A DNA stretch of 64,000 nucleotides from the human T2T-CHM13v2.0 reference genome, Homo sapiens, in NCBI RefSeq assembly GCF_009914755.1, contig NC_060946.1; one strand, given 5' to 3'. Position 1 is the first letter of the stretch. The number at the start of each line of letters is the position of its first letter. The notes under the pieces were generated by a model that worked only from the letters and a program-made list of their open reading frames with translations, did no database searches and was not told the DNA's origin. Shown here in pieces: positions 1-13,300 of the stretch. Position numbers and translations under genes: made by a program.

Positions 1-140
1 CAAATGTTCACTTCCAGATACTACAAAAAGAGTGTTTCAAACCTACTCTGTAAAAGGGAATATTCAACTCTGTGACTTGAATGCACATATCACAAAGAAG
101 TTTCTGAGAATGCTTCTGTCGAGATTTTATATGAAGATAT

Positions 141-157
141 TCCCGTTTCCAACGAAA
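141..157 (-). promoter_or_regulatory. CENP-B box (position 1 of 4 per HOR; representative of ~187 box positions in the window)
   Basis: tcccgtttccaacgaaa is the reverse complement of TTTCGTTGGAAACGGGA, matching the NTTCGNNNNANNCGGGN core. Confidence 0.97.
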
Positions 158-482
158 TCCTGAAATCTATCCAAATATCCCCTCGCAGATTCTACAAAAA
201 GAGTGTTTCAAAACTGCTCTGTAAAAAGAAAGGTTCAACTCTGTTAGTTGAGTACACACATCACAAACAAGTTTCACAGAATGCTTCTTTCTAGCTTGTA
301 GGGGAAGATATTCCCTTTATCACCATGGGCCTCCAACCGTCCGAAACGTCCACTTCCATATACTACAAAAACAGCATTTCAAACCTGCTCTAGGAAAGGC
401 AATGTTCAACTCTGTGACTTGAATGCAGACATCACAGAGCAGTTTCTGAGAATGCTTCTGTCTACATTTTATAGGAAGATAT

Positions 483-499
483 TCCCGTTTCCAACGAAA
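483..499 (-). promoter_or_regulatory. CENP-B box (position 2 of 4 per HOR)
   Basis: tcccgtttccaacgaaa, 342 bp after the previous box. Confidence 0.97.
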
Positions 500-824
500 T
501 CTTCACAGCTATCCAAATATCCACTTGCAGATTCTACAAAAAGAGTGTATCAAAACTGCTCTGTCAAAAGGAAGGTTCTTCTCTGTTAGTTGAGTACATA
601 CGTCATAAAGGAGTTTCTGAGAATGTTTCTGTCTAGTGGTTATGGGAAGATATTTGCTTTTTCACCTTAGGCCTCAGAGCGATCCAAATATCCACTTGCA
701 CATACTACAAAAAGAGTGCTTCAAAGCTGCTCTCTGAAAGTGAATGTTCAACTCTATGAGTTGAATGCAAACATCACAAAGACGTTTCCGAGAATGCTTC
801 TGTCTAGATTTGATATGAAGATAT

Positions 825-841
825 TCCCGTTTCCAACGAAA
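825..841 (-). promoter_or_regulatory. CENP-B box (position 3 of 4 per HOR)
   Basis: tcccgtttccaacgaaa, 342 bp after the previous box. Confidence 0.97.
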
Positions 842-1162
842 TCTTCAAATCTATCCAAATGTCTACTTGCAGATTCAACAAAAAGTGTTTTTCAAAACTG
901 CTGTATCAAAAGAAAGATCCACGTCTGTTAGCTGAGTTCACACATCACAAACAAGTTTATGAGAATGCTTCTGTCTAGTTTTTATTTGAAGATATTTCCT
1001 TTCTCACCATAGACCTGAAAGCTGTTCTAATGTTCACTTCCATATGCTACAGAAAGAGTGTTTCAAAACTGCTGTACGAAAGGGAATGTTCAACTCTGTG
1101 ACTTGAATGCACACATCACAAAGATGTTTCTGAGGATGCTGCTGTGTACTTTTTATACGTAA

Positions 1163-1179
1163 TCCCGTTTCCAACGAAA
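1163..1179 (-). promoter_or_regulatory. CENP-B box (position 4 of 4 per HOR)
   Basis: tcccgtttccaacgaaa, 338 bp after the previous box (shortened monomer, context tttatacgtaatccc). The next box is at 1505, which is 141+1364. Confidence 0.97.
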
Positions 1180-1333
1180 TCCTCCAATCTATCCAAATAT
1201 CCACTTGCAGATTCCACAGAAAGACTGTTTCAAATCTGCTCAGTCAATAGAAAGATTCAACTCTGTTAGCTGCGTGCATATATCACAAAGAAGATTCTGA
1301 GATTGCTTCTGTCTAGTTTTTATGGGAAGATAT

Positions 1334-1350
1334 TTCCCTTTTCACCGTAG
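1334..1350. promoter_or_regulatory. pJalpha / A-box-like site in an A-type monomer (representative)
   Basis: ttcccttttcaccgtag is one mismatch from the TTCCTTTTYCACCRTAG motif and lies exactly 171 bp from the CENP-B box at 1163, i.e. the homologous position in the alternate monomer. Confidence 0.8.
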
Positions 1351-4300
1351 GCGTCAAGGCGCTCCAAATGTCCACTTCCAGATACTACAAAAAGAGTGTT
1401 TCAAACCTACTCTGTGAAAGGGAATATTCAACTCAGTGATTTGAATGCAGATATCACAAAGAAGTTTCTGAGAATGCTTCTGTCGAGATTTTATATGAAG
1501 ATATTCCCGTTTCCAACGAAATCCTGAAATCTATCGAAATATCCCCTCGCAGATTCTACAAAAAGAGTGTTTCAAAACTGCTCTGTAAAAAGAAAGGTTC
1601 AACTCTGTTAGTTGAGTACACACATCACAAACAAGTTTCACAGAATGCTTCTTTCTAGCTTGTAGGGGAAGATATTCCCTTTATCACCATGGGCCTCAAA
1701 GCGTCCGAAACGTCCACTTCCATATACTACAAAAAGAGCGTTTCAAACCTGCTCTAGGAAAGGCAATGTTCAACTCTGTGACTTGAATGCAGACATCACA
1801 GAGCAGTTTCTGAGAATGCTTCTGTCTAGATTTTATAGGAGGATATTCCCGTTTCCAATGAAATCTTCACAGCTATCCAAATATCCACTTGCAGATTCTA
1901 CAAAAAGAGTGTATCAAAACTGCTCTGTCAAAAGGAAGGTTCTTCTCTGTTAGGTGAGTGCATACGTCATAAAGGAGTTTCTGAGAATGTTTCTGTCTAG
2001 TGGTTATGGGAAGATATTTGCTTTTTCACCGTAGGCCTCACAGCGCTCCAAATATCCACTTGCACATACTACAAAAAGAGTGCTTCAAAGCTGCTCTCTG
2101 AAACGGAATGTTCAACTCTATGAGTTGAATGCAAACATCACAAAGACGTTTCTGAGAATGCTTCTGTCTAGATTTGATATGAAGATATTCCCGTTTCCAA
2201 CGAAATCTTCAAATCTATCCAAATGTCCACTTGCAGATTCAACAAAAAGTGTTTTTCAGAACTGCTCTATCAAAAGAAAGATCCACCTCTGTTAGCTGAG
2301 TTCACACATCACAAACAAGTTTATGAAAATGCTTCTGTCTAGTTTTTATTTGAAGATATTTCCTTTCTCACCATAGACCTGAAAGCTGTCCTAATGTTCA
2401 CTTCCAGATACTACAGAAAGAGTGTTTCAAAACTGCTGTACGAAAGGGAATGTTCAACTCTGTGACTTGAATGCACACATCACAAAGAAGTTTCTGAGGA
2501 TGCTGCTGTCTACTTTTGATACGTAATTCCGTTTCCAACGAAATCCTCCAATCTATCCAAATATCCACTTGCAGATTCCACAGAAAGACTCTTTCAAATC
2601 TGCTCAGTCAATAGAAAGTTTCAACTCTGTTAGCTGCGTGCATATATCCCAAAGAAGATTCTGAGATTGCTTCTGTCTAGTTTTTATGGGAAGATATTTC
2701 CCTTTTCACCGTAGGCGTCAAGGCGCTCCAAATGTCCACTTCCAGATACTACAAAAAGAGTGTTTCAAACCTACTCTGTGAAAGGGAATATTCAACTCTG
2801 TGACTTGAATGCACATATCACAAAGAAGTTTCTGAGAATGCTTCTGTCGAGATTTTATATGAAGATATTCCCGTTTCCAACGAAATCCTGAAATCTATCC
2901 AAATATCCCCTCGCAGATTCTACAAAAAGAGTGTTTCAAAACTGCTCTGTAAAAAGAAAGGTTCAACTCTGTTAGTTGAGTACACACATCACAAACAAGT
3001 TTCACAGAATGCTTCTTTCTAGCTTGTAGGGGAAGATATTCCCTTTATCACCATGGGCCTCAAACCGTCCGAAACGTCAACTTCCATATACTACAAAAAG
3101 AGCGTTTCAAACCTGCTCTATGAAAGGCAATGTTCAACTCTGTGACTTGAATGCAGACATCACAGAGCAGTTTCTGAGAATGCTTCTGTCTAGATTTTAT
3201 AGGAAGATATTCCCGTTTCCAACGAAATCTTCACAGCTATCCAAATATCCATTTGCAGATTCTACAAAAAGAGTGTATCAAAACTGCTCTGTCAAAAGGA
3301 AGGTTCTTCTCTGTTAGTTGAGTACATACGTCATAAAGAAGTTTCTGAGAATGTTTCTGTCTAGTGGTTATGGGAAGATATTTGCTTTTTCACCGTAGGC
3401 CTCAGAGCGCTCCAAATATCCCCTTGCACATACTACAAAAAGAGTGCTTCAAAGCTGCTCTCTGAAAGGGAATGTTCAACTCTGTGAGTTGAATGCAAAC
3501 ATCACAAAGACGTTTCTGAGAATGCTTCTGTCTAGATTTGATATGAAGATATTCCCGTTTCCAACGAAATCTTCAAATCTATCCAAATGTCCACTTGCAG
3601 ATTCAACAAAAAGTGTTTTTCAGAACTGCTCTATCAAAAGAAATATCCACCTCTGTTAGCTGAGTTCACACATCACAAACAAGTTTATGAGAATGCTTCT
3701 GTCTAGTTTTTATTTGAAGATATTTCCTTTCTCACCATAGACCTGAAAGCTGTCCTAATGTTCACTTCCAGATACTACAGAAAGAGTGTTTCAAAACTGC
3801 TGTACGAAAGGGAATGTTCAACTCTGGGACTTGAATGCATACATCACAAAGAAGTTTCTGAGGATGCGGCTGTCTACTTTTTATACGTAATCCCGTTTCC
3901 AAAGAAATCCTCCAAGCTATCCAAATATCCACTTGCAGATTCCACAGAAAGACTGTTTCAAAACTGCTCTGTCAATAGAAAGGTTCAACTCTGTTAGCTG
4001 CGTGCATATATCCCAAAGAAGATTCTGAGATTGCTTCTGTCTACTTTTTATGAGAAGATATTTCCCTTTTCACCGTAGGCGTCAAGGCGCTCCAAATGTT
4101 CACTTCCAGATACTACAAAAAGAGTGTTTCAAACCTACTCTGTAAAAGGGAATATTCAACTCTGTGACTTGAATGCACATATCACAAAGAAGTTTCTGAG
4201 AATGCTTCTGTCGAGATTTTATATGAAGATATTCCCGTTTCCAACGAAATCCTGAAATCTATCCAAATATCCCCTCGCAGATTCTACAAAAAGAGTGTTT

Positions 4301-7300
4301 CAAAACTGCTCTGTAAAAAGAAAGGTTCAACTCTGTTAGTTGAGTACACACATCACAAACAAGTTTCACAGAATGCTTCTTTCTAGCTTGTAGGGGAAGA
4401 TATTCCCTTTATCACCATGGGCCTCAAACCGTCCGAAACGTCCACTTCCATATACTACAAAAAGAGCGTTTCAAACCTGCTCTAGGAAAGGCAATGTTCA
4501 ACTCTGTGACTTGAATGCAGACATCACAGAGCAGTTTCTGAGAATGCTTCTGTCTAGATTTTATAGGAAGATATTCCCGTTTCCAACGAAATCTTCACAG
4601 CTATCCAAATATCCACTTGCAGATTCTACAAAAAGAGTGTATCAAAACTGCTCTGTCAAAAGGAAGGTTCTTCTCTGTTAGTTGAGTACATACGTCATAA
4701 AGGAGTTTCTGAGAATGTTTCTGTCTAGTGGTTATGGGAAGATATTTGCTTTTTCACCTTAGGCCTCAGAGCGCTCCAAATATCCCTTTACACATCCTAC
4801 AAAAAGAGTGCTTCAAAGCTGCTCTCTGAAAGGGAATGTTCAACTCTATGAGTTGAATGCAAACATCACAAAGACGTTTCTGGGAATGCTTCTGTCTAGA
4901 TTTGATATGAAGGTATTCCCGTTTCCAAAGAAATCTTCAAATCTATCCAAATGTCCACTTGCAGATTCAACAAAAAGTGTTTTTCAGAACTGCTCTATCA
5001 AAAGAAAGATCCACCTCTGTTAGCTGAGTTAACACATCACAAACAAGTTTATGAGAATACTTCTGTCTAGTTTTTATTTGAAGGTATTTCCTTTCTCACC
5101 CTAGACCTGAAAGCTGTCCTAATGTTCACTTCCAGATACTACAGAAAGAGTGTTTCAAAACTGCTGTACGAAAGGGAATGTTCAACTCTGTGACTTGAAT
5201 GCACACATCACAAAGAAGTTTCTGAGGATGCTGCTGTCTACTTTTTATACGTAATCCCGTTTCCAACGAAATCCTCCAAGCTATCCAAATATCCACTTGC
5301 AGATTCCACAGAAAGACTGTTTCAAAACTGCTCTGTCAATAGAAAGGTTCAACTCTGTTAGCTGCGTGCATATATCCCAAAGAAGATTCTGAGATTGCTT
5401 CTGTCTAGTTTTTATGGGAAGATATTTCCCTTTTCACCGTAGGCGTCAAGGCGCTCCAAATGTCCACTTCCAGATACTTCAAAAAGAGTGTTTCAAACCT
5501 ACTCTGTGAAAGGGAATATTCAACTCTGTGACTTGAATGCAGATATCACAAAGAAGTTTCTGAGAATGCTTCTGTCGAGATTTTATATTAAGATATTCCC
5601 GTTTCCAACGAAATCCTGAAATCTATCCAAATATCCCCTCGCAGATTCTACAAAAAGAGTGTTTCAAAACTGCTCTGTAAAAAGAAAGGTTCAACTCTGT
5701 TAGTTGAGTACACACATCACAAACAAGTTTCACAGAATGCTTCTTTCTAGCTTGTAGGGGAAGATATTCCCTTTATCACCATGGGCCTCAAACCGTCCGA
5801 AACGTCAACTTCCATATACTACAAAAAGAGCATTTCAAACCTGCTCTATGAAAGGCAATGTTCAACTCTGTGACTTGAATGCAGACATCACAGAGCAGTT
5901 TCTGAGAATGCTTCTGTCTAGATTTTATAGGAAGATATTCCCGTTTCCAACGAAATCTTCACAGCTATCCAAATATCCACTTGCAGATTCTACAAAAAGA
6001 GTGTATCAAAACTGCTCTGTCAAAAGGAAGGTTCTTCTCTGTTAGTTGAGTACATACGTCATAAAGGAGTTTCTGAGAATGATTCTGTCTAGTGGTTATG
6101 GGAAGATATTTGCTTTTTCACCGTAGGCCTCAGAGCGCTCCAAATATCCCCTTGCACATACTACAAAAAGAGTGCTTCAAAGCTGCTCTCTGAAAGGGAA
6201 TGTTCAACTCTGTGAGTTGAATGCAAACATCACAAAGACGTTTCTGAGAATGCTTCTGTCTAGATTTGATATGAAGATATTCCCGTTTCCAACGAAATCT
6301 TCAAATCTATCCAAATGTCCACTTGCAGATTCAACAAAAAGTGTTTTTCAGAACTGCTCTATCAAAAGAAAGATCCACCTCTGTTAGCTGAGTTCACACA
6401 TCACAAACAAGTTTATGAGAATGCTTCTGTCTAGTTTTTATTTGAAGATATTTCCTTTCTCACCATAGACCTGAAAGCTGTCCTAATGTTCACTTCCAGA
6501 TACTACAGAAAGAGTGTTTCAAAACTGCTGTATGAAAGGGAATGTTCAACTCTGTGACTTGAATGCATACATCACAAAGAAGTTTCTGAGGATGCTGCTG
6601 TCTACTTTTTATACGTAATCCCGTTTCCAAAGAAATCCTCCAAGCTATCCAAATATCCACTTGCAGATTCCACAGAAAGACTGTTTCAAAACTGCTCTGT
6701 CAATAGAAAGGTTCAACTCTGTTAGCTGCGTGCATATATCCCAAAGAAGATTCTGAGATTGCTTCTGTCTACTTTTTATGAGAAGATATTTCCCTTTTCA
6801 CCGTAGGCGTCAAGGCGCTCCAAATGTTCACTTCCAGATACTACAAAAAGAGTGTTTCAAACCTACTCTGTAAAAGGGAATATTCAACTCTGTGACTTGA
6901 ATGCACATATCACAAAGAAGTTTCTGAGAATGCTTCTGTCGAGATTTTATATGAAGATATTCCCGTTTCCAACGAAATCCTGAAATCTATCCAAATATCC
7001 CCTCACAGATTCTACAAAAAGAGTGTTTCAAAACTGCTCTGTAAAAAGAAAGGTTCAACTCTGTTAGTTGAGTACACACATCACAAACAAGTTTCACAGA
7101 ATGCTTCTTTCTAGCTTGTAGGGGAAGATATTCCCTTTATCACCATTGGGCCTCAAACCGTCCGAAACGTCTACTTCCATATACTACAAAAAGAGCGTTT
7201 CAAACCTGCTCTATGAAAGGCAATGTTCAACTCTGTGACTTGAATGCAGACATCACAGAGCAGTTTCTGAGAATGCTTCTGTCTAGATTTTATAGGAAGA

Positions 7301-10300
7301 TATTCCCGTTTCCAACGAAATCTTCACAGCTATCCAAATATCCACTTGCAGATTCTACAAAAAGAGTGTATCAAAACTGCTCTGTCAAAAGGAAGGTTCT
7401 TCTCTGTTAGTTGAGTACATACGTCATAAAGGAGTTTCTGAGAATGTTTCTGTCTAGTGGTTATGGGAAGATATTTGCTTTTTCACCTTAGGCCTCAGAG
7501 CGATCCAAATATCCACTTGCACATACTACAAAAAGAGTGCTTCAAAGCTGCTCTCTGAAAGGGAATGTTCAACTCTATGAGTTGAATGCAAACATCACAA
7601 AGACGTTTCTGAGAATGCTTCTGTCTAGATTTGATATGAAGATATTCCCGTTTCCAACGAAATCTTCAAATCTATCCAAATGTCCACTTGCAGATTCAAC
7701 AAAAAGTGTTTTTCAAAACTGCTGTATCAAAGGAAAGATCCACGTCTGTTAGCTGAGTTCACACATCACAAACAAGTTTATGAGAATGCTTCTGTCTAGT
7801 TTTTATTTGAAGATATTTCCTTTCTCACCATAGACCTGAAAGCTGTCCTAATGTTCACTTCCAGATACTACAGAAAGAGTGTTTCAAAACTGCTGTACGA
7901 AAGGGAATGTTCAACTCTGTGACTTGAATGCACACATCACAAAGAAGTTTCTGAGGATGCGGCTGTCTACTTTTTATACGTAATCCCGTTTCCAACGAAA
8001 TCCTCCAACTATCCAAATATCCACTTGCAGATTCCACAGAAAGACTGTTTCAAAACTGCTCTGTCAATAGAAAGGTTCAACTCTGTTAGCTGCGTGCATA
8101 TATCCCAAAGAAGATTCTGAGATTGCTTCTGTGTAGTTTTTATGGGAAGATATTTCCCTTTTCACCGTAGGCGTCATGGCGCTCCAAATGTCCACTTCCA
8201 GATACTACAAAAAGAGTGTTTCAAACCTACTCGGTGAAAGGGAATATTCAACTCTGTGACTTGAATGCAGATATCACAAAGAAGTTTCTGAGAATGCTTC
8301 TGTCGAGATTTTATATGAAGATATTCCCGTTTCCAACGAAATCCTGAAATCTATCCAAATATCCCCTCGCAGATTCTACAAGAAGAGTGTTTCAAAACTG
8401 CTCTGTAAAAAGAAAGGTTCAACTCTGTTAGTTGAGTACACACATCACAAACAAGTTTCACAGAATGCTTCTTTCTAGCTTGTAGGGGAAGATATTCCCT
8501 TTATCACCATGGGCCTCAAACCGTCCGAAACGTCCACTTCCATATACAACAAAAAGAGCGTTTCAAACCTGCTCTATGAAAGGCAATGTTCAACTCTGTG
8601 ACTTGAATGCAGACATCACAGAGCAGTTTCTGAGAATGCTTCTGTCTAGATTTTATAGGAAGATATTCCCGTTTCCAACGAAATCTTTACAGCTATCCAA
8701 ATATCCACTTGCAGATTCTACAAAAAGAGTGTATCAAAACTGCTCTGTCAAAAGGAATGTTCTTCTCTGTTAGGTGAGTGCATACGTCATAAAGGAGTTT
8801 CTGAGAATGTTTCTGTCTAGTGGTTATGGGAAGATATTTGCTTTTTCACCGTAGGCCTCACAGCGCTCCAAATATCCACTTGCACATACTACAAAAAGAG
8901 TGCTTCAAAGCTGCTCTCTGAAACGGAATGTTCAACTCTATGAGTTGAATGCAAACATCACAAAACGTTTCTGAGAATGCTTCTGTCTAGATTTGATATG
9001 AAGATATTCCCGTTTCCAACGAAATCTTCAAATCTATCCAAATGTCCACTTGCAGATTCAACAAAACGTGTTTTTCAGAACTGCTCTATCAAAAGAAAGA
9101 TCCACGTCTCTTAGCTGAGTTAACACATCACAAACAAGTTTATGAGAATGCTTCTGTCTAGTTTTTATTTGAAGGTATTTCCTTTCTCACCATAGACCTG
9201 AAAGCTGTCCTAATGTTCACTTCCAGATACTACAGAAAGAGTGTTTCAAAACTGCTGTACGAAAGGGAATGTTCAACTCTGTGTCTTGAATGCCCACATC
9301 ACAAAGAAGTTTCTGAGGATGCTGCTGTCTACTTTTGATACGTAATCCCGTTTCCAACGAAATCCTCCAAGCTATCCAAATATCCACTTGCAGATTCCAC
9401 AGAAAGACTGTTTCAAAACTGCTCTGTCAATAGAAAGGTTCAACTCTGTTAGCTGCGTGCATATATCCCAAAGAAGATTCTGAGATTGCTTCTGTCTAGT
9501 TTTTATGGGAAGATATTTCCCTTTTCACCGTAGGCGTCAAGGCGCTCCAAATGTCCACTTCCAGATACTACAAAAAGAGTGTTTCAAACCTACTCTGTGA
9601 AAGGGAATATTCAACTCTGTGACTTGAATGCAGATATCACAAAGAAGTTTCTGAGAATGCTTCTGTCGAGATTTTATATGAAGATATTCCCGTTTCCAAC
9701 GAAATCCTGAAATCTATCCAAATATCCCCTCGCAGATTCTACAAAAAGAGTGTTTCAAAACTGCTCTGTAAAAAGAAAGGTTCAACTCTGTTAGTTGAGT
9801 ACACACATCACAAACAAGTTTCACAGAATGCTTCTTTCTAGCTTGTAGGGGAAGATATTCCCTTTATCACCATGGGCCTCAAACCGTCCGAAACGTCCAC
9901 TTCCATATACTACAAAAAGAGCGTTTCAAACCTGCTCTATGAAAGGCAATGTTCAACTCTGTGACTTGAATGCAGACATCACAGAGCAGTTTCTGAGAAT
10001 GCTTCTGTCTAGATTTTATAGGAAGATATTCCCGTTTCCAACGAAATCTTCACAGCTATCCAAATATCCACTTGCAGATTCTACAAAAAGAGTGTATCAA
10101 AACTGCTCTGTCAAAAGGAGGGTTCTTCTCTGTTAGTTGAGTACATACGTCATAAAGGAGTTTCTGAGAATGTTTCTGTCTAGTGGTTATGGGAAGATAT
10201 TTGCTTTTTCACCGTAGGCCTCAGAGCGCTCCAAATATCCCCTTGCACATACTACAAAAAGAGTGCTTCAAAGCTGCTCTCTGAAAGGGAATGTTCAAAT

Positions 10301-13300
10301 CTGTGAGTTGAATGCAAACATCACAAAGACGTTTCTGAGAATGCTTCTGTCTAGATTTGATATGAAGATATTCCCGTTTCCAACGAAATCTTCAAATCTA
10401 TCCAAATGTCCACTTGCAGATTCAACAAAAAGTGTTTTTCAGAACTGCTCTATCAAAAGAAAGATCCACCTCTGTTAGCTGAGTTCACACTTCACAAACA
10501 AGTTTATGAGAATGCTTCTCTCTAGTTTTTATTTGAAGATATTTCCTTTCTCACCATAGACCTGAAAGCTGTCCTAATGTTCAATTCCAGATACTACAGA
10601 AAGAGTGTTTCAAAACTGCTGTACGAAAGGGAATGTTCAACTCTGTGACTTGAATGCACACATCACAAAGAAGTTTCTGAGGATGCTGCTGTCTACTTTT
10701 TACACGTAATCCCGTTTCCAAAGAAATCCTCCAAGCTATCCAAATATCCACTTGCAGATTCCACAGAAAGACTGTTTCAAAACTGCTCTGTCAATAGAAA
10801 GGTTCAACTCTGTTAGCTGCGTGCATATATCCCAAAGAAGATTCTGAGATTGCTTCTGTCTACTTTTTATGAGAAGATATTTCCCTTTTCACCGTAGGCG
10901 TCAAGGCGCTCCAAATGTCCACTTCCAGATACTACAAAAAGAGTGTTTCAAACCTACTCTGTAAAAGGGAATATTCAACTCTGTGACTTGAATGCACATA
11001 TCACAAAGAAGTTTCTGAGAATGCTTCTGTCGAGATTTTATATGAAGATATTCCCGTTTCCAACGAAATCCTGAAATCTATCCAAATATCCCCTCACAGA
11101 TTCTACAAAAAGAGTGTTTCAAAACTGCTCTGTAAAAAGAAATGTTCAACTCTGTTAGTTGAGTACACACATCACAAACAAGTTTCACAGAATGCTTCTT
11201 TCTAGCTTGTAGGGGAAGATATTCCCTTTATCACCATGGGCCTCAAACCGTCCGAAACGTCTACTTCCATATACTACAAAAAGATCGTTTCAAACCTGCT
11301 CTATGAAAGGCAATGTTCAACTCTGTGACTTGAATGCAGACATCACAGAGCAGTTTCTGAGAATGCTTCTGTCTAGATTTTATAGGAAGATATTCCCGTT
11401 TCCAACGAAATCTTCACAGCTATCCAAATATCCACTTGCAGATTCTACAAAAAGAGTGTATCAAAACTGCTCTGTCAAAAGGAAGGTTCTTCTCTGTTAG
11501 GTGAGTGCATACGTCATAAAGGAGTTCCTGAGAATGTTTCTGTCTAGTGGTTATGGGAAGATATTTGCTTTTTCACCTTAGGCCTCAGAGCGATCCAAAT
11601 ATCCACTTGCACATACTACAAAAAGAGTGCTTGAAAGCTGCTCTCTGAAAGGGAATGTTCAACTCTATGAGTTGAATGCAAACATCACAAAGACGTTTCT
11701 GAGAATGCTTCTGTCTAGATTTGATATGAATATATTCCCGTTTCCAACGAAATCTTCAAATCTATCCAAATGTCCACTTGCAGATTCAACAAAAAGTGTT
11801 TTTCAAAACTGCTGTATCAAAAGAAAGATCCACGCCTGTTAGCTGAGTTCACACATCACAAACAAGTTTATGAGAATGCTTCTGTCTAGTTTTTATTTGA
11901 AGATATTTCCTTTCTCACCATAGACCTGAAAGCTGTCCTAATGTTCACTTCCAGATACTACAGAAAGAGTGTTTCAAAACTGCTGTACGAAAGGGAATGT
12001 TCAACTCTGTGACTTGAATGCACACATCACAAAGAAGTTTCTGAGGATGCGGCTGTCTACTTTTTATACGTAATCCCGTTTCCAACGAAATCCTCAAAGC
12101 TATCCAAATATCCACTTGCAGATTCCACAGAAAGACTGTTTCAAAACTGCTCTGTCAATAGAAAGGTTCAACTCTGTTAGCTGCGTGCATATATCCCAAA
12201 GAAGATTCTGAGATTGCTTCTGTCTAGTTTTTATGGGAAGATATTTCCCTTTTCACCGTAGGCGTCATGGCGCTCCAAATGTCCACTTCCAGATACTACA
12301 AAAAGAATGTTTCAAACCTACTCGGTGAAAGGGAATATTCAACTCTGTGACTTGAATGCAGATATCACAAAGAAGTTTCTGAGAATGCTTCTGTCGAGAT
12401 TTTATATTAAGATATTCCCGTTTCCAACGAAATCCTGAAATCTATCCAAATATCCCCTCGCAGATTCTACAAGAAGAGTGTTTCAAAACTGCTCTGTAAA
12501 AAGAAAGGTTCAACTCTGTTAGTTGAGTACACACATCACAAACAAGTTTCACAGAATGCTTCTTTCTAGCTTGTAGGGGAAGATATTCCCTTTATCACCA
12601 TGGGCCTCAAACCGTCCGAAACGTCCACTTCCATATACTACAAAAAGAGCGTTTCAAACCTGCTCTAGGAAAGGCAATGTTCAACTCTGTGACTTGAATG
12701 CAGACATCACAGAGCAGTTTCTGAGAATGCTTCTGTCTAGATTTTATAGGAAGATATTCCCGTTTCCAACGAAATCTTCACAGCTATCCAAATATCCACT
12801 TGCAGATTCTACAAAAAGAGTGTATCAAAACTGCTCTGTCAAAAGGAAGGTTCTTCTCTGTTAGGTGAGTGCATACGTCATAAAGGAGTTTCTGAGAATG
12901 TTTCTGTCTAGTGGTTATGGGAAGATATTTGCTTTTTCACCGTAGGCCTCAGAGCGCTCCAAATATCCACTTGCACATGCTACAAAAAGAGTGCTTCAAA
13001 GCTGCTCTCTGAAAGGGAATGTTCAACTCTATGAGTTGAATGCAAACATCACAAAGACGTTTCTGAGAATGCTTCTGTCTAGATTTGATATGAAGATATT
13101 CCCGTTTCCAACGAAATCTTCAAATCTATCCAAATGTCCACTTGCAGATTCAACAAAACGTGTTTTTCAGAACTGCTCTATCAAAAGAAAGATCCACGTC
13201 TCTTAGCTGAGTTCACACATCACAAACAAGTTTATGAGAATGCTTCTGTCTAGTTTTTATTTGAAGATATTTCCTTTCTCACCATAGACCTGAAAGCTGT

